The position numbers were made by a program, and so were the translations under genes. Of a stretch of 37,484 nt of DNA, positions 1 to 8,214 are shown in pieces (the stretch's first letter is position 1; each line of letters starts with the position of its first letter). Location: positions 1-37,484 of IMG/VR virus record IMGVR_UViG_3300044840_000113. One strand, written 5' to 3'. The notes under the pieces were generated by a model. It was not told where the DNA came from. It saw only the letters and a program-made list of their open reading frames with translations, and ran no database searches. Origin of the DNA: a virus. Lineage: Duplodnaviria > Caudoviricetes.

Positions 1-1251
1 TCATGTTCCGTCAGCCACGGCGCGCGGGCGGAACAGGCGCTCGTCAAGCACCTGGCGGGCACGGTCGTGCGAGTCCGGCATCATGTGGACGTACATCCGC
101 AAGGTGAACGCTGGGTCGTGGTGCCCCAGGTACTCAGCCAGCTCCTTGATGGACACGCCGGCGGCCAGCAGGACGCTGGCGTAGTGATGGCGCAACTGGT
201 GAAGTCCTTCGCGGCGGGTAGTGACGTAGTGCAAGCGCTTGCGCGCGTCCTTCGTTGGCTTCGGGATGATGCCGGCCTTGGCCAGGGCCGGTTTCCAGCA
301 CGACTCGCTGAACGCCCGCGAGGTCAGGTGTTCGCCGTCGGTCCAGCGGAACAGCAGGTTGTGCGTCCGCGGCTTCCCGTCGGTCTTCTCCCACGGCAGG
401 GAGCACGGCCGGGGCTTGTACTTGGCGATGTGCACCCGGATGCTCTGAGCCGTCCATTCCGGCAGCGGTACATCTCGCTCGCGATCGTTCTTCGGCAGGG
501 CGAAGACGTAGCGCGGGCCCAGCTTCTTGAGCTGCCTTCGGACGTGGACGACCTTCTCGCCGAAGTCGATGTCCTCCAGACTCAAAGCGAACAGCTCGCC
601 CTGCCGTAACCCTGTGGTCGCACCGACTTGGGGGAGAAGCCGTAACGAGTCCGGGTGCGCGTCGATCAACGGCAGTACCTCGACGTCGCTCCAGGCCTGG
701 ATGCGTTCCCCACCGGCCGCCTGGATGCGCTGTACGACTGGCGACAGACCTGGGTTCTTCTTGATCAAGTCGTCGGCAACAGCCAGATCGAGCACGCCGA
801 CCAACACCAGGCGCGCGGTCGACACGGTCGACGGCCCGTGTTTGTCGCCGAGTTGAGCCTGCCAGGACTGCACCTCCGAAGGTTTGACCGCCTTCACCGG
901 ACGGCGTCCGAACGTCGGTTCCACGTGCAGCCGATATACAGACTGATATCTGATCAGGGTGGATGGATCGACCTGCCGGGACGACAGCCAGCGCGCAGCG
1001 ATGCCGTCGAACCGCGCTTGTCCGGCCTTCGGGTCGTAGTACTCGCCGCGGTCCCGGTCGGTCTCCATCTTCGCCCAGTACTTGTCCGCCGGCGCCTTGG
1101 TAGCGAACGCCTTCGTGCGCTCCTGGCCGTCCGGGTCGAGCCAGCAGGCCAACCAGCGTTTGCCCTTACCATGTCGGTTATTCGGTACGCGCTTGACCTT
1201 GCCGTCTGACTGGTTCTCGGGGCGCGTCCAAAGGTCTTTTGTGTAGCCCAC
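1..1251 (-). CDS. int: Tyrosine recombinase / phage integrase
   Basis: TGLRQGEL (catalytic R), HQLRH (HxxR) and LGH...TLRMYVH (H, Y) motifs; N-terminal arm-binding region. The GTG start overlaps the upstream TAG (TAGTG). Confidence 0.96.
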   Translation of the reverse strand: MGYTKDLWTRPENQSDGKVKRVPNNRHGKGKRWLACWLDPDGQERTKAFATKAPADKYWAKMETDRDRGEYYDPKAGQARFDGIAARWLSSRQVDPSTLIRYQSVYRLHVEPTFGRRPVKAVKPSEVQSWQAQLGDKHGPSTVSTARLVLVGVLDLAVADDLIKKNPGLSPVVQRIQAAGGERIQAWSDVEVLPLIDAHPDSLRLLPQVGATTGLRQGELFALSLEDIDFGEKVVHVRRQLKKLGPRYVFALPKNDRERDVPLPEWTAQSIRVHIAKYKPRPCSLPWEKTDGKPRTHNLLFRWTDGEHLTSRAFSESCWKPALAKAGIIPKPTKDARKRLHYVTTRREGLHQLRHHYASVLLAAGVSIKELAEYLGHHDPAFTLRMYVHMMPDSHDRARQVLDERLFRPRAVADGT

Positions 1252-1940
1252 TAAGGTATTCCGATCTCCGCGAGGCGTCGTTTTATCATTTGGACTTGAT
1301 GATCCCCCTCTTCTGCTTGCGCGCGCGCGGCCTCGTACAGTTGCACGTATCGTACTGCCCGTTCCTGTGCGTTCTTGTAGTTCTCACCACCTTCGCCTTC
1401 CGTTGCTGCCACGGCTGCCACGCGCTGATGGCTTTTTGTCAACTGGGAGGAGAGGTGGTCAAGTTCAGCGTGTGCGCGCGCTGTGCACGCCTCGGCCTCG
1501 TCTAGCTCAGACCGAAGTCGCGCTTGTTCTTCCTCCCGTCTCACTGCTTCTTCGAGTTTGTCAACCCGCATGTGAGCATGAGAGAGTCTTTCGTGCGCTT
1601 CGTGCGCAGCACTTTCACTGCGCATTAACGTGTCGCGAGCATGGCGGAGCTGTACGTTTAGTGGAATATCTGGCCGCAGCATGTCGTGGAGGTCAGATTC
1701 AAGTGCCTTGGCAATAGCAACGGCTTCGCCAAGGCGAACCCGTCGAGCGTTGGGCGAGTTTTGATCATCCCATTTTTCGATTCGCAAGATGGCGAGGTCG
1801 TCGATCTTCACTCCCGCTGCGGTCAGCTTCTCGGCGAGAGCAGCCTGCGACAGTCCCAGTTCGGACCGCAACTCGCGCAGCCGTTTGGCGAATAGCCGCT
1901 CTACCTGCTCAACGGGTGACGTTGGTTGGCGTTGGTCCAC
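1251..1940 (-). CDS. XRE-family HTH repressor with C-terminal coiled coil
   Basis: LRELRSELGLSQAALAEKL HTH_3-like motif and an E/A/R-rich helical C-terminus; divergent from a xis-like gene and upstream of int. Confidence 0.85.
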   Translation of the reverse strand: MDQRQPTSPVEQVERLFAKRLRELRSELGLSQAALAEKLTAAGVKIDDLAILRIEKWDDQNSPNARRVRLGEAVAIAKALESDLHDMLRPDIPLNVQLRHARDTLMRSESAAHEAHERLSHAHMRVDKLEEAVRREEEQARLRSELDEAEACTARAHAELDHLSSQLTKSHQRVAAVAATEGEGGENYKNAQERAVRYVQLYEAARAQAEEGDHQVQMIKRRLAEIGIP

Positions 1941-1985
1941 GTCTCGTAGGTGTACTCGCCCGGACCCTTCAGGTCAAGAAGGCAT

Positions 1986-2078
1986 GCCTACTGGACTAGA
2001 AGTAGGCGAGCGGTTATGGTTGCGCCCACCAACCGAGCTTCTGCCTTGTCAGCAGAGCCTACTCGAATAGAAGGTAGG
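1986..2078. promoter_or_regulatory. Divergent switch region with two operator-like repeats and a rightward promoter
   Basis: GCCTACT-N8-AGTAGGC at 1986-2007 and a near copy GCCTACTcGAaTAGAAGgtagg at 2057-2078. TGGACT (1992-1997), 17-bp spacer, TATGGT (2015-2020). Confidence 0.65.
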
Positions 2079-2079
2079 T

Positions 2080-2316
2080 ATGGGTCAGGCCGGATATGTC
2101 CAGGTGGGGACCACTGATGACTACTTCACCACTCGTGACCTGTCGCTCAAGTACCGCACGCCTGAGTCGACGGTGCGGTACTGGCGAATGATCAACTACG
2201 GCCCCCGTGGCACCAAGGTCGGACGCCGCGTGCTTTACGCGCGTGCCGAGGTCGAGCGGTTTGATGCCGAACTCGCCGCGCAGGCGGCCGAGAAGTCCGC
2301 CGACGGTGCGGCATGA
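2080..2316 (+). CDS. Excisionase/AlpA-like winged-HTH DNA-binding protein
   Basis: YFTTRDLS...PESTVRYWR...GPRGTKVGRRVLYARAEVERF, a typical HTH_17/AlpA pattern; first gene divergent from the repressor. Confidence 0.85.
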   Translation: MGQAGYVQVGTTDDYFTTRDLSLKYRTPESTVRYWRMINYGPRGTKVGRRVLYARAEVERFDAELAAQAAEKSADGAA

Positions 2317-2717
2317 AGCGCAAAGGAGGGGTCGGCCGGCCACTTGGCGGCGCCCGGACCGACCCCAGCGGACAGCCAGCAGAGAACCGGGCATCCAACC
2401 AGGAGGGTACGACACCCGATCCGGGTGTGCCCAGCGTCACGGTTCGGGCAGTGTTCAGCAAGACCATCGATGGCGTGAGTCTGGTCGTCGACCGCGAGCG
2501 CGGGTTGGCTCGGGTCGATGTCGGCGCCCACAAGAGCTACGACCTGGTCGGCTTGGTGCGAAAGATCGCGGACGCCATCGTCGGCTGCTCCGACGTGGAA
2601 CTGACCGGCGACGACCGCCGCGCCCTGGACTTCCTGCGCGAGAAGTTGCCCGGGGAGATCCGACTGGCCGAAGGCTGGGTGGCAAGCGGGCTCGACAACC
2701 GGCCGGGTGCTGCGTGA
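2313..2717 (+). CDS. Hypothetical protein
   Basis: ATGA overlap with the previous gene and GTGA overlap with the next; high-GC3 codons in the 3' part. Confidence 0.65.
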   Translation: MKRKGGVGRPLGGARTDPSGQPAENRASNQEGTTPDPGVPSVTVRAVFSKTIDGVSLVVDRERGLARVDVGAHKSYDLVGLVRKIADAIVGCSDVELTGDDRRALDFLREKLPGEIRLAEGWVASGLDNRPGAA

Positions 2718-3187
2718 CCCACCGGGCCGGACCACCTCCAGTCTCGGCCTACACCCGCAAGCTGCTGGACGAGGCGATCGAGGTCGACCGGCGGTTGGTC
2801 GTCGAGACAGGCTACGACCTCCTCGACATCCGGTCGGAGATCGCTGCCATGCCGTCCGACGAGGTCGAGGAGGTCGTGATCGACGGCTTCCGCTGGCGGT
2901 ACTACTGGCGGCCAGAGAACGTGCTGTGGCGGCAGGAAACTGAGGCCAGGGAACGCGCCCGAGTCGCGATCGAGATCAGCCACGATCTGGCCGGCGCGAT
3001 GCGCTGGTCGGGGATCGGTCCAACGCACGCGCAGTTGGCGAAGCTGCGGGCCACACCGGCCTGGGTCCGGTCGTGCCCCTGGGCTGGCTGTCGCTGGACG
3101 GCCACTGTGTACGACCCGACGGTGACGGCGGTGTCGTGCCCGCAACATCGTGCCCGTGACGTGAGCGAGATGAGGCAGGCTTCGTGA
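2714..3187 (+). CDS. Hypothetical protein with C-terminal Cys/His zinc-finger-like motif
   Basis: GTG at 2714 is in frame with the 2207..3187 ORF and overlaps the previous stop. CPWAGC...CPQH motif; GTGA overlap with the helicase gene. Confidence 0.7.
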   Translation: MTHRAGPPPVSAYTRKLLDEAIEVDRRLVVETGYDLLDIRSEIAAMPSDEVEEVVIDGFRWRYYWRPENVLWRQETEARERARVAIEISHDLAGAMRWSGIGPTHAQLAKLRATPAWVRSCPWAGCRWTATVYDPTVTAVSCPQHRARDVSEMRQAS

Positions 3188-4638
3188 CGACAGCTCCTGA
3201 CATGTCCGGGTCGGCGACGGTGCACCACCTCGCCGGTCCTCGACGTGCCGGCGCGCCAGCACCCGCGCCGGAAGCCGTGGATTACGACGAAGTCCACACC
3301 GGACAGCTCCGGATCGCCGAGCGGTTCGCCCGCAGGTTCACCGGTGAGCTGATCTACGTGCATCGGATCGGCTGGCACATTTGGTGTGGCACGCACTGGA
3401 TCGCTGACGACAAGGGCCTCAGTAAGTTGCGAGTGAAGGAGCTGACGGCCGAGATCTGGGCAGAGATCGGCCGGATGGACACCGGGCCGGACCGCAAGGA
3501 GCTGATGGCCGACGTCAAGAAGTGCGAGTCGAGCGCCGGTATGACCGGCGTGCTGGAGATCGCTAAGTCACTGCCGCCGTTGGCCACCAGCCTGACCCAG
3601 ACAAATGCCGACCCGCATCTGTTCAACGCCCGCAACGGCACCCTGGACTTGCGGAACGGGACGCTGCGACCGCACGACCCGGCAGACCTGATCACGAAGG
3701 TCGCCGGCGCCGACCTCGACCCGGCTGCCCGGTCGGATCGTTGGGACACGTTTCTGGAAGAGGTGCTGCCGGACGAGGAGGTCCGCGGGTTCCTGCAACG
3801 GGTATTCGGGCAGGCGATGCTCGGGTCGGTGGAGGAGCACGTCCTACCGATCATGTGCGGGGCGGGCCGGAACGGGAAGGGCGTCGCCTATGAGGCCGTG
3901 CTGCGGGCCTTCGGAGACTACGGCAGGGTCGTGGACCCGAAGATCATCATGCAGAACAAGAACACCCTGCACGGCACCTTCTACGCGGACCTGTTCGGGA
4001 TGCGGTTGGTGGTCACGTCGGAGACCAACGAAGGTGGCAAGCTCGACGCGGCCGTCGTCAAGCGGCTGACTGGCGGCGACCGGATCAGCGCGAACCGGAT
4101 GCACGAGAACAGCTTCGAGTTCACGCCCAGCCACAGCATCGTGCTGATCACCAACCATCGACCCTCAACCGACGCGGGCGACTCGGCGTTGTGGGCACGC
4201 CTACGCGTGGTCCCGTTTGACGTGGTCGTCAAGCGGATCGATACGAAGCTCCCGGACAAGATCCGGGAGGAATTGGACGCCGTACTCGCCTGGGTGTTCC
4301 AAGGCTGGCTGGACTACCAGGAGCAGGGCTTGGCCGCCCCGGACGCGGTCATCGAGCGCACCGAGGAGTACCGCAACGAAGGCGACTCGCTGGGCGAATT
4401 CCTGACCGAGGAATGCGTCAAAGGTCAGTTCGCCCGCGTCCTGTGCATCGATCTGTACCGGGCATGGCAAGCCTGGTCCATGCACAACGGCGTGCCGGCG
4501 ATGGCGAAGGTGGCCTTCGGTCGGCTGATGACCGTCCGCGGCTTCGAGCGCGGGAAGTCCGGCGGCAACGCCGTCTACATCGGACTCGGCCTTCGAGCCG
4601 AGGAAGAAACTACAGGTCAGAGCATGTTCGGGGGCTGA
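3184..4638 (+). CDS. Phage/plasmid primase P4-family protein (D5_N + SF3 helicase + winged helix), no catalytic primase domain evident
   Basis: NARNGTLDL (D5_N), Walker A GAGRNGKG, KRLTGGD, LITNHRP and WARLRVVPF motifs. From memory it closely resembles M. tuberculosis phiRv1 Rv1582c. Confidence 0.92.
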   Translation: MTTAPDMSGSATVHHLAGPRRAGAPAPAPEAVDYDEVHTGQLRIAERFARRFTGELIYVHRIGWHIWCGTHWIADDKGLSKLRVKELTAEIWAEIGRMDTGPDRKELMADVKKCESSAGMTGVLEIAKSLPPLATSLTQTNADPHLFNARNGTLDLRNGTLRPHDPADLITKVAGADLDPAARSDRWDTFLEEVLPDEEVRGFLQRVFGQAMLGSVEEHVLPIMCGAGRNGKGVAYEAVLRAFGDYGRVVDPKIIMQNKNTLHGTFYADLFGMRLVVTSETNEGGKLDAAVVKRLTGGDRISANRMHENSFEFTPSHSIVLITNHRPSTDAGDSALWARLRVVPFDVVVKRIDTKLPDKIREELDAVLAWVFQGWLDYQEQGLAAPDAVIERTEEYRNEGDSLGEFLTEECVKGQFARVLCIDLYRAWQAWSMHNGVPAMAKVAFGRLMTVRGFERGKSGGNAVYIGLGLRAEEETTGQSMFGG

Positions 4639-4639
4639 A

Positions 4640-4726
4640 TGGGGAGAATTGGGGAGTGTTTTTCTAAAACCTCCCCACATACACACGTGAAGAGAGTTTC
4701 AGCCAAACACTCCCCAATTCTCCCCA
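4640..4726. repeat. Perfect 22-bp inverted repeat with GGGGAG iterons; candidate replication origin
   Basis: TGGGGAGAATTGGGGAGTGTTT (4640-4661) and AAACACTCCCCAATTCTCCCCA (4705-4726) flank a 43-bp AT-richer spacer, directly after the helicase stop. Confidence 0.8.
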
Positions 4727-4764
4727 GCCCGGCCTTCACCCCACCTGATCAGGAGATATCTCGC

Positions 4765-5121
4765 ATGAACTACGACCCCGGCTACAAGATCGAACGCAAC
4801 ACCCTTCAGATCATGGCCGCGCCACCCGGATTCGTCGCCGTCTACACGCAAGGAGAAGGCGACGAGGGAGACCGTGAGTTTGAGATGCCGGTCCTGGCAT
4901 GGCTGGTCCAGGAGGTAATCCACGAGTACCCCTCCTACCCCGACCGAGGCAGCTCCCGCGAGTGTGTCGACACCCAGGTCGTCGCAGCCGTGCTGGACGA
5001 AGAGTCCGGCACCCTCACGTCGGTGAGCGACATGGCCAGCGCAACCAAGACCGCGTTCGTCCGTGTCCGGCCGGCACAAGGACACCACGACCCGAAGACC
5101 GGTATGGCGGTGGACTGGTGA
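4765..5121 (+). CDS. Hypothetical protein
   Basis: AGGAG RBS at 4751-4755 before ATG 4765; GTGA overlap with the next gene. Confidence 0.75.
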   Translation: MNYDPGYKIERNTLQIMAAPPGFVAVYTQGEGDEGDREFEMPVLAWLVQEVIHEYPSYPDRGSSRECVDTQVVAAVLDEESGTLTSVSDMASATKTAFVRVRPAQGHHDPKTGMAVDW

Positions 5122-5444
5122 AGGACGTGACAGGTCTTATCCAGGAAGCGGACATCGCGGTCGTTCGCGAGCGGGTCCGGGTGGACGAGGTCATCGGCGA
5201 CTACGTGTCGCTGCGCCGTGCCGATGACAGCGCGCTGAAGGGCCTCTGTCCGTTCCACGACGAGAAGACCCCATCGTTCAACGTCCGCCCCAGCCATGGC
5301 ACCTTCCACTGCTCCGGCTGCGGTGAGGGCGGCGACGTCATCGCGTTCGTGATGAAGATCGAACAACTCGGTTTCGCCGAGGCCGTCGAGCGGCTCGCCG
5401 ACCGGGCCGGCATCGAACTGCACCGGGAAGCGATGGACCGGTGA
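5118..5444 (+). CDS. Stand-alone CHC2 zinc-finger (DnaG primase zinc-binding domain)
   Basis: LKGLCPFHDEKTPSFNVRPSHGTFHCSGCGEGGDVIAFVMKIE motif; 108 aa from GTG 5118; stops where the DnaG ZBD ends. Confidence 0.92.
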   Translation: MKDVTGLIQEADIAVVRERVRVDEVIGDYVSLRRADDSALKGLCPFHDEKTPSFNVRPSHGTFHCSGCGEGGDVIAFVMKIEQLGFAEAVERLADRAGIELHREAMDR

Positions 5445-6079
5445 ACCACGTCACCTTCATCGGCGGCCCGCTCGACGGAACCGTCACCCACCGCCAGCGA
5501 TTCCCGGTCTGCCTGGCCGAGGACGGCACCACCCCGCTTCCCGCGAACACCTACCGCCGCCGAAATGACCTGTACGTGCACCAGGTCCGCGTGCCCGGCG
5601 ACGGCACCAAGCGGCACGCCTATGTCCACGCAAGTCTTCCCTCGACACCGGAGGCAACCCATGAGCACCAGCCCCGCCACCACCGACGACACCCTGTCCG
5701 ATGTGCCGTTCGTGGAGCGGACTTTCGAGATGGTTCGCGACCATTACTACCGGAAGTTCCCACTGTTGCGGGCCTACGACGAGCTGACCCGCAAGCACAA
5801 CAGCGGCCAGCGGTCGATCAACGAGCCGTGGGACGGCGGCCTGTCCAGCTACCAGATCACCCGACTCGCCTTGATCGAGATCGGGAAGCCGCCACGCGAC
5901 CTCGACGACATCCGCATGGCCGAGCAGTACGTTCGGGAACTCCAGCGCGAGGTCAGCGAGATGTACCCAGCACCGGCGCCCGACCTGGCCGACGCGATCA
6001 TCTCGGCCGAGTACCAGTGGGCTGGCTGCGTGACCCGCGCCGAGCATTTCGCCGCGATGGACGAGGCGGACAAGCGTGA
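5441..6079 (+). CDS. Small phage protein (FIGGPLDG motif); probably only the first ~75 aa are meaningful
   Basis: GTGA overlap start and phage-typical N-terminus. The ORF runs on, out of frame, over the next gene. Confidence 0.45.
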   Translation: MNHVTFIGGPLDGTVTHRQRFPVCLAEDGTTPLPANTYRRRNDLYVHQVRVPGDGTKRHAYVHASLPSTPEATHEHQPRHHRRHPVRCAVRGADFRDGSRPLLPEVPTVAGLRRADPQAQQRPAVDQRAVGRRPVQLPDHPTRLDRDREAATRPRRHPHGRAVRSGTPARGQRDVPSTGARPGRRDHLGRVPVGWLRDPRRAFRRDGRGGQA

Positions 6080-6245
6080 CCACGTCGACGGCCTCTTGGA
6101 CGAACTGATGCACCGTGGCGCGGTCGAGGACCACGTCCGCGAACTGCTGATGATCGCGTTGCCCGAGATCTACGCCCGGATCACCGCCCACAGCGAGGCG
6201 TTGCGTAACCGGGCCCAGCTCACGTCGGTCCAGGGCGGCGAGTGA
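5661..6245 (+). CDS. Hypothetical protein
   Basis: GGAGG RBS before ATG 5661; high GC3; TGATG overlap with the next gene. Confidence 0.75.
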   Translation: MSTSPATTDDTLSDVPFVERTFEMVRDHYYRKFPLLRAYDELTRKHNSGQRSINEPWDGGLSSYQITRLALIEIGKPPRDLDDIRMAEQYVRELQREVSEMYPAPAPDLADAIISAEYQWAGCVTRAEHFAAMDEADKRDHVDGLLDELMHRGAVEDHVRELLMIALPEIYARITAHSEALRNRAQLTSVQGGE

Positions 6246-6682
6246 TGAGCGAGCCGACCTGCCTCCCGGTGACCGAGCAGTTCACCAGCCTGATCGCTCA
6301 GGCCGTCGCCAACTTGTCGCTCTCGGCGGTCGCCATCGAGGCCGAGATACCCGACGCCGAGGACGCCGCGAAGGGTCAGGTCGCCGGCCGGGTCTTCGGG
6401 GAGGTCCGGGCGCTGCTCGACCAGTTCGATGGCGAGATGTTCCCGCCGCAGCTCACCGCGGATTACCTCGATGGGGACGGTAGCGAGTGTGTGTCCTACT
6501 GGGACGAGGCGACGGACGACGACCTATTGCGCATCGCCGCGCACGCCATCGTGTCGGCTGCCCTGTTGCGCCAGGAGTGCGACAGTCGGATCAGGACCGC
6601 CGTTACCGCACTGGCCCTGCACGACGCGAGCACCCAGCCTAACGGCGAGTTCGAGAAGGCCTCGGCCGAGGCCGTGTCATGA
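6245..6682 (+). CDS. Hypothetical acidic protein
   Basis: Coupled start and stop overlaps on both sides; high GC3. Confidence 0.7.
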   Translation: MSEPTCLPVTEQFTSLIAQAVANLSLSAVAIEAEIPDAEDAAKGQVAGRVFGEVRALLDQFDGEMFPPQLTADYLDGDGSECVSYWDEATDDDLLRIAAHAIVSAALLRQECDSRIRTAVTALALHDASTQPNGEFEKASAEAVS

Positions 6683-7320
6683 CCACCCGTCAGGCGATGG
6701 CCGACTTGGTCGCCGCTGCGCACGACTTGCTCGACCCCATCACTCGGCGGGTGCTTCGCGATGGCGGCACAACGACGACGCACACCGCGCCGAGCCTTTT
6801 GCACCAGTTGCGGGCTGCAGGAGGCACCAGCGGTGAAGGCGGCGGAGGGGGTCGTGGTTCACGCAACCCGATCCCGATCGACCCAGCCGCTGTCGACCTG
6901 CTGACTGAGATCACCACCGGCGCCATCGACCTGCACGATCGGGCACTGGAGCACAGCCGGCCCACCATCGAGGACCACGTCTGGGCCGTCGTGGCCCTCG
7001 CGGAACGCTGGGAGGATGATCCGGCCGCGATCGAGTGGGCCACCGGCTGGCTCCGGCACTGGCGGAAGTCCATCGAGGACACGCTTGACCCGCCGCGGCG
7101 CTACCACCTCGACGCACCCTGTCCGGCGTGCGGGTCACGCATGGCCACCCGGATGGACAACGACGAGACCGTCCAGGTGCCGGCGCTGCTGCTGGACAGT
7201 CGCCTCGGCGCAACCTGCCAGGTCGAGGCGTGCGGTGCGCACTGGACGCCTGACCAGTTCGAGCACCTAGCGCGGGTCATTCGCGAGCAGGCCGGGGCGT
7301 CGTTGGCCGAGACTGGCTGA
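6679..7320 (+). CDS. Phage protein with C-terminal zinc ribbon; possible late-gene regulator
   Basis: CPACG...CQVEACG motif; last gene of the early operon. In my recollection, similar proteins usually precede terminase genes in actinobacterial prophages. Confidence 0.7.
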   Translation: MTTRQAMADLVAAAHDLLDPITRRVLRDGGTTTTHTAPSLLHQLRAAGGTSGEGGGGGRGSRNPIPIDPAAVDLLTEITTGAIDLHDRALEHSRPTIEDHVWAVVALAERWEDDPAAIEWATGWLRHWRKSIEDTLDPPRRYHLDAPCPACGSRMATRMDNDETVQVPALLLDSRLGATCQVEACGAHWTPDQFEHLARVIREQAGASLAETG

Positions 7321-7419
7321 TCGCACTGCCGGGGGATGCTCTCGGCGAGAAGTCGAAGAAGGCGCCGAGCTACCGGAGCGGCCCGACTGACCGCCCGACC
7401 GACGGTCCTAGGGTAGGGG

Positions 7420-8214
7420 TCACGCGTCCAGCATGATCGTCCTCATCTTGCTGATGGCGTCATCCTCGTCGTCCACATCCACAGGGTGGGAAACCTGTTC
7501 GATTGGCAAAAGAACTTGGTCGATGTCTTGGTCACCAAGGATGGACGTGGCGTAGAAGGCGACGAAGCTCTTGGCGGAACCAGCCAGCCTTGCCGCATCC
7601 ATCCGAGTCCTTAGCTCACGGGCGTCCGCTCCGGCTCGCTCACCCATGCGGGAGTGAACGAGATCCATGAGGTGCGGCTGTCCATTGCTGTATGCGAATC
7701 GGAACGACACCTTAGTCAGGGGTCCCGTGTCGGTGTACCGAGCAGGGACCTCGACCTGGCGTTCAGGGGCAACGCCGGCAGCCGTGAGGACCCGCTCAAC
7801 GCTCTCCAGCAGGTGCCCGACACGCGTTTCATGAGGCACCGAGGCCTCTGGGCGTTCCGCTTCGACAACCTCGTGGTACAGACGATCCAGGACCGGCTCC
7901 CAAGGGGGGCGCTCGTCGAGTAGATAGCCACCGAGCAGAGCCGTGTAGTTGCCTGTCCGCTGTTCCTGCATCTGCTCGACACTGGCCCAGTCATCAGCCG
8001 CGGCCTTGCGCCGGAAGTAGTCGACCCAGGTCTTGTACGCCTCGGTGCTGACGTGGACGTGCCGCAGTTTCCTGCCGCTGATCTCGCCGTCGTCTCCCTC
8101 GCCGAGGAACCTTGTCAGCCACCCCTCGGGCGTCTTGAGCAGCACACCGAGGTTACGGGGCTCACGCCGCCGGAGATCCGACATATGCTGCACGAGGTAC
8201 CAGGTCGCCTTCAC
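7420..8214 (-). CDS. DUF3037-like partner of HipA-family kinase
   Basis: N-terminal WYLVQHMSDLRRREPRNLGVLL matches the DUF3037 pattern, and C-terminal FRFAYSNG is typical of these partners; GTGA-coupled to the kinase. Confidence 0.7.
   Translation of the reverse strand: MKATWYLVQHMSDLRRREPRNLGVLLKTPEGWLTRFLGEGDDGEISGRKLRHVHVSTEAYKTWVDYFRRKAAADDWASVEQMQEQRTGNYTALLGGYLLDERPPWEPVLDRLYHEVVEAERPEASVPHETRVGHLLESVERVLTAAGVAPERQVEVPARYTDTGPLTKVSFRFAYSNGQPHLMDLVHSRMGERAGADARELRTRMDAARLAGSAKSFVAFYATSILGDQDIDQVLLPIEQVSHPVDVDDEDDAISKMRTIMLDA

Noticed and set aside
4670-4710. Possible gapped target of the pentamer array in the ori spacer
   Set aside because: The manual alignment I tried matched only about half of the NN positions, which is not distinguishable from chance.
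4639-4764. N-terminal extension of the 4639..5121 ORF
   Set aside because: It spans the inverted repeat; the RBS supports ATG 4765 instead.
7321-7419. Recombination sites for the proposed inversion, or an attR
   Set aside because: Only a 9-bp direct match (CGACCGACG) with the 34190 region was seen. It is too short in high-GC DNA and in the wrong orientation for an inversion.
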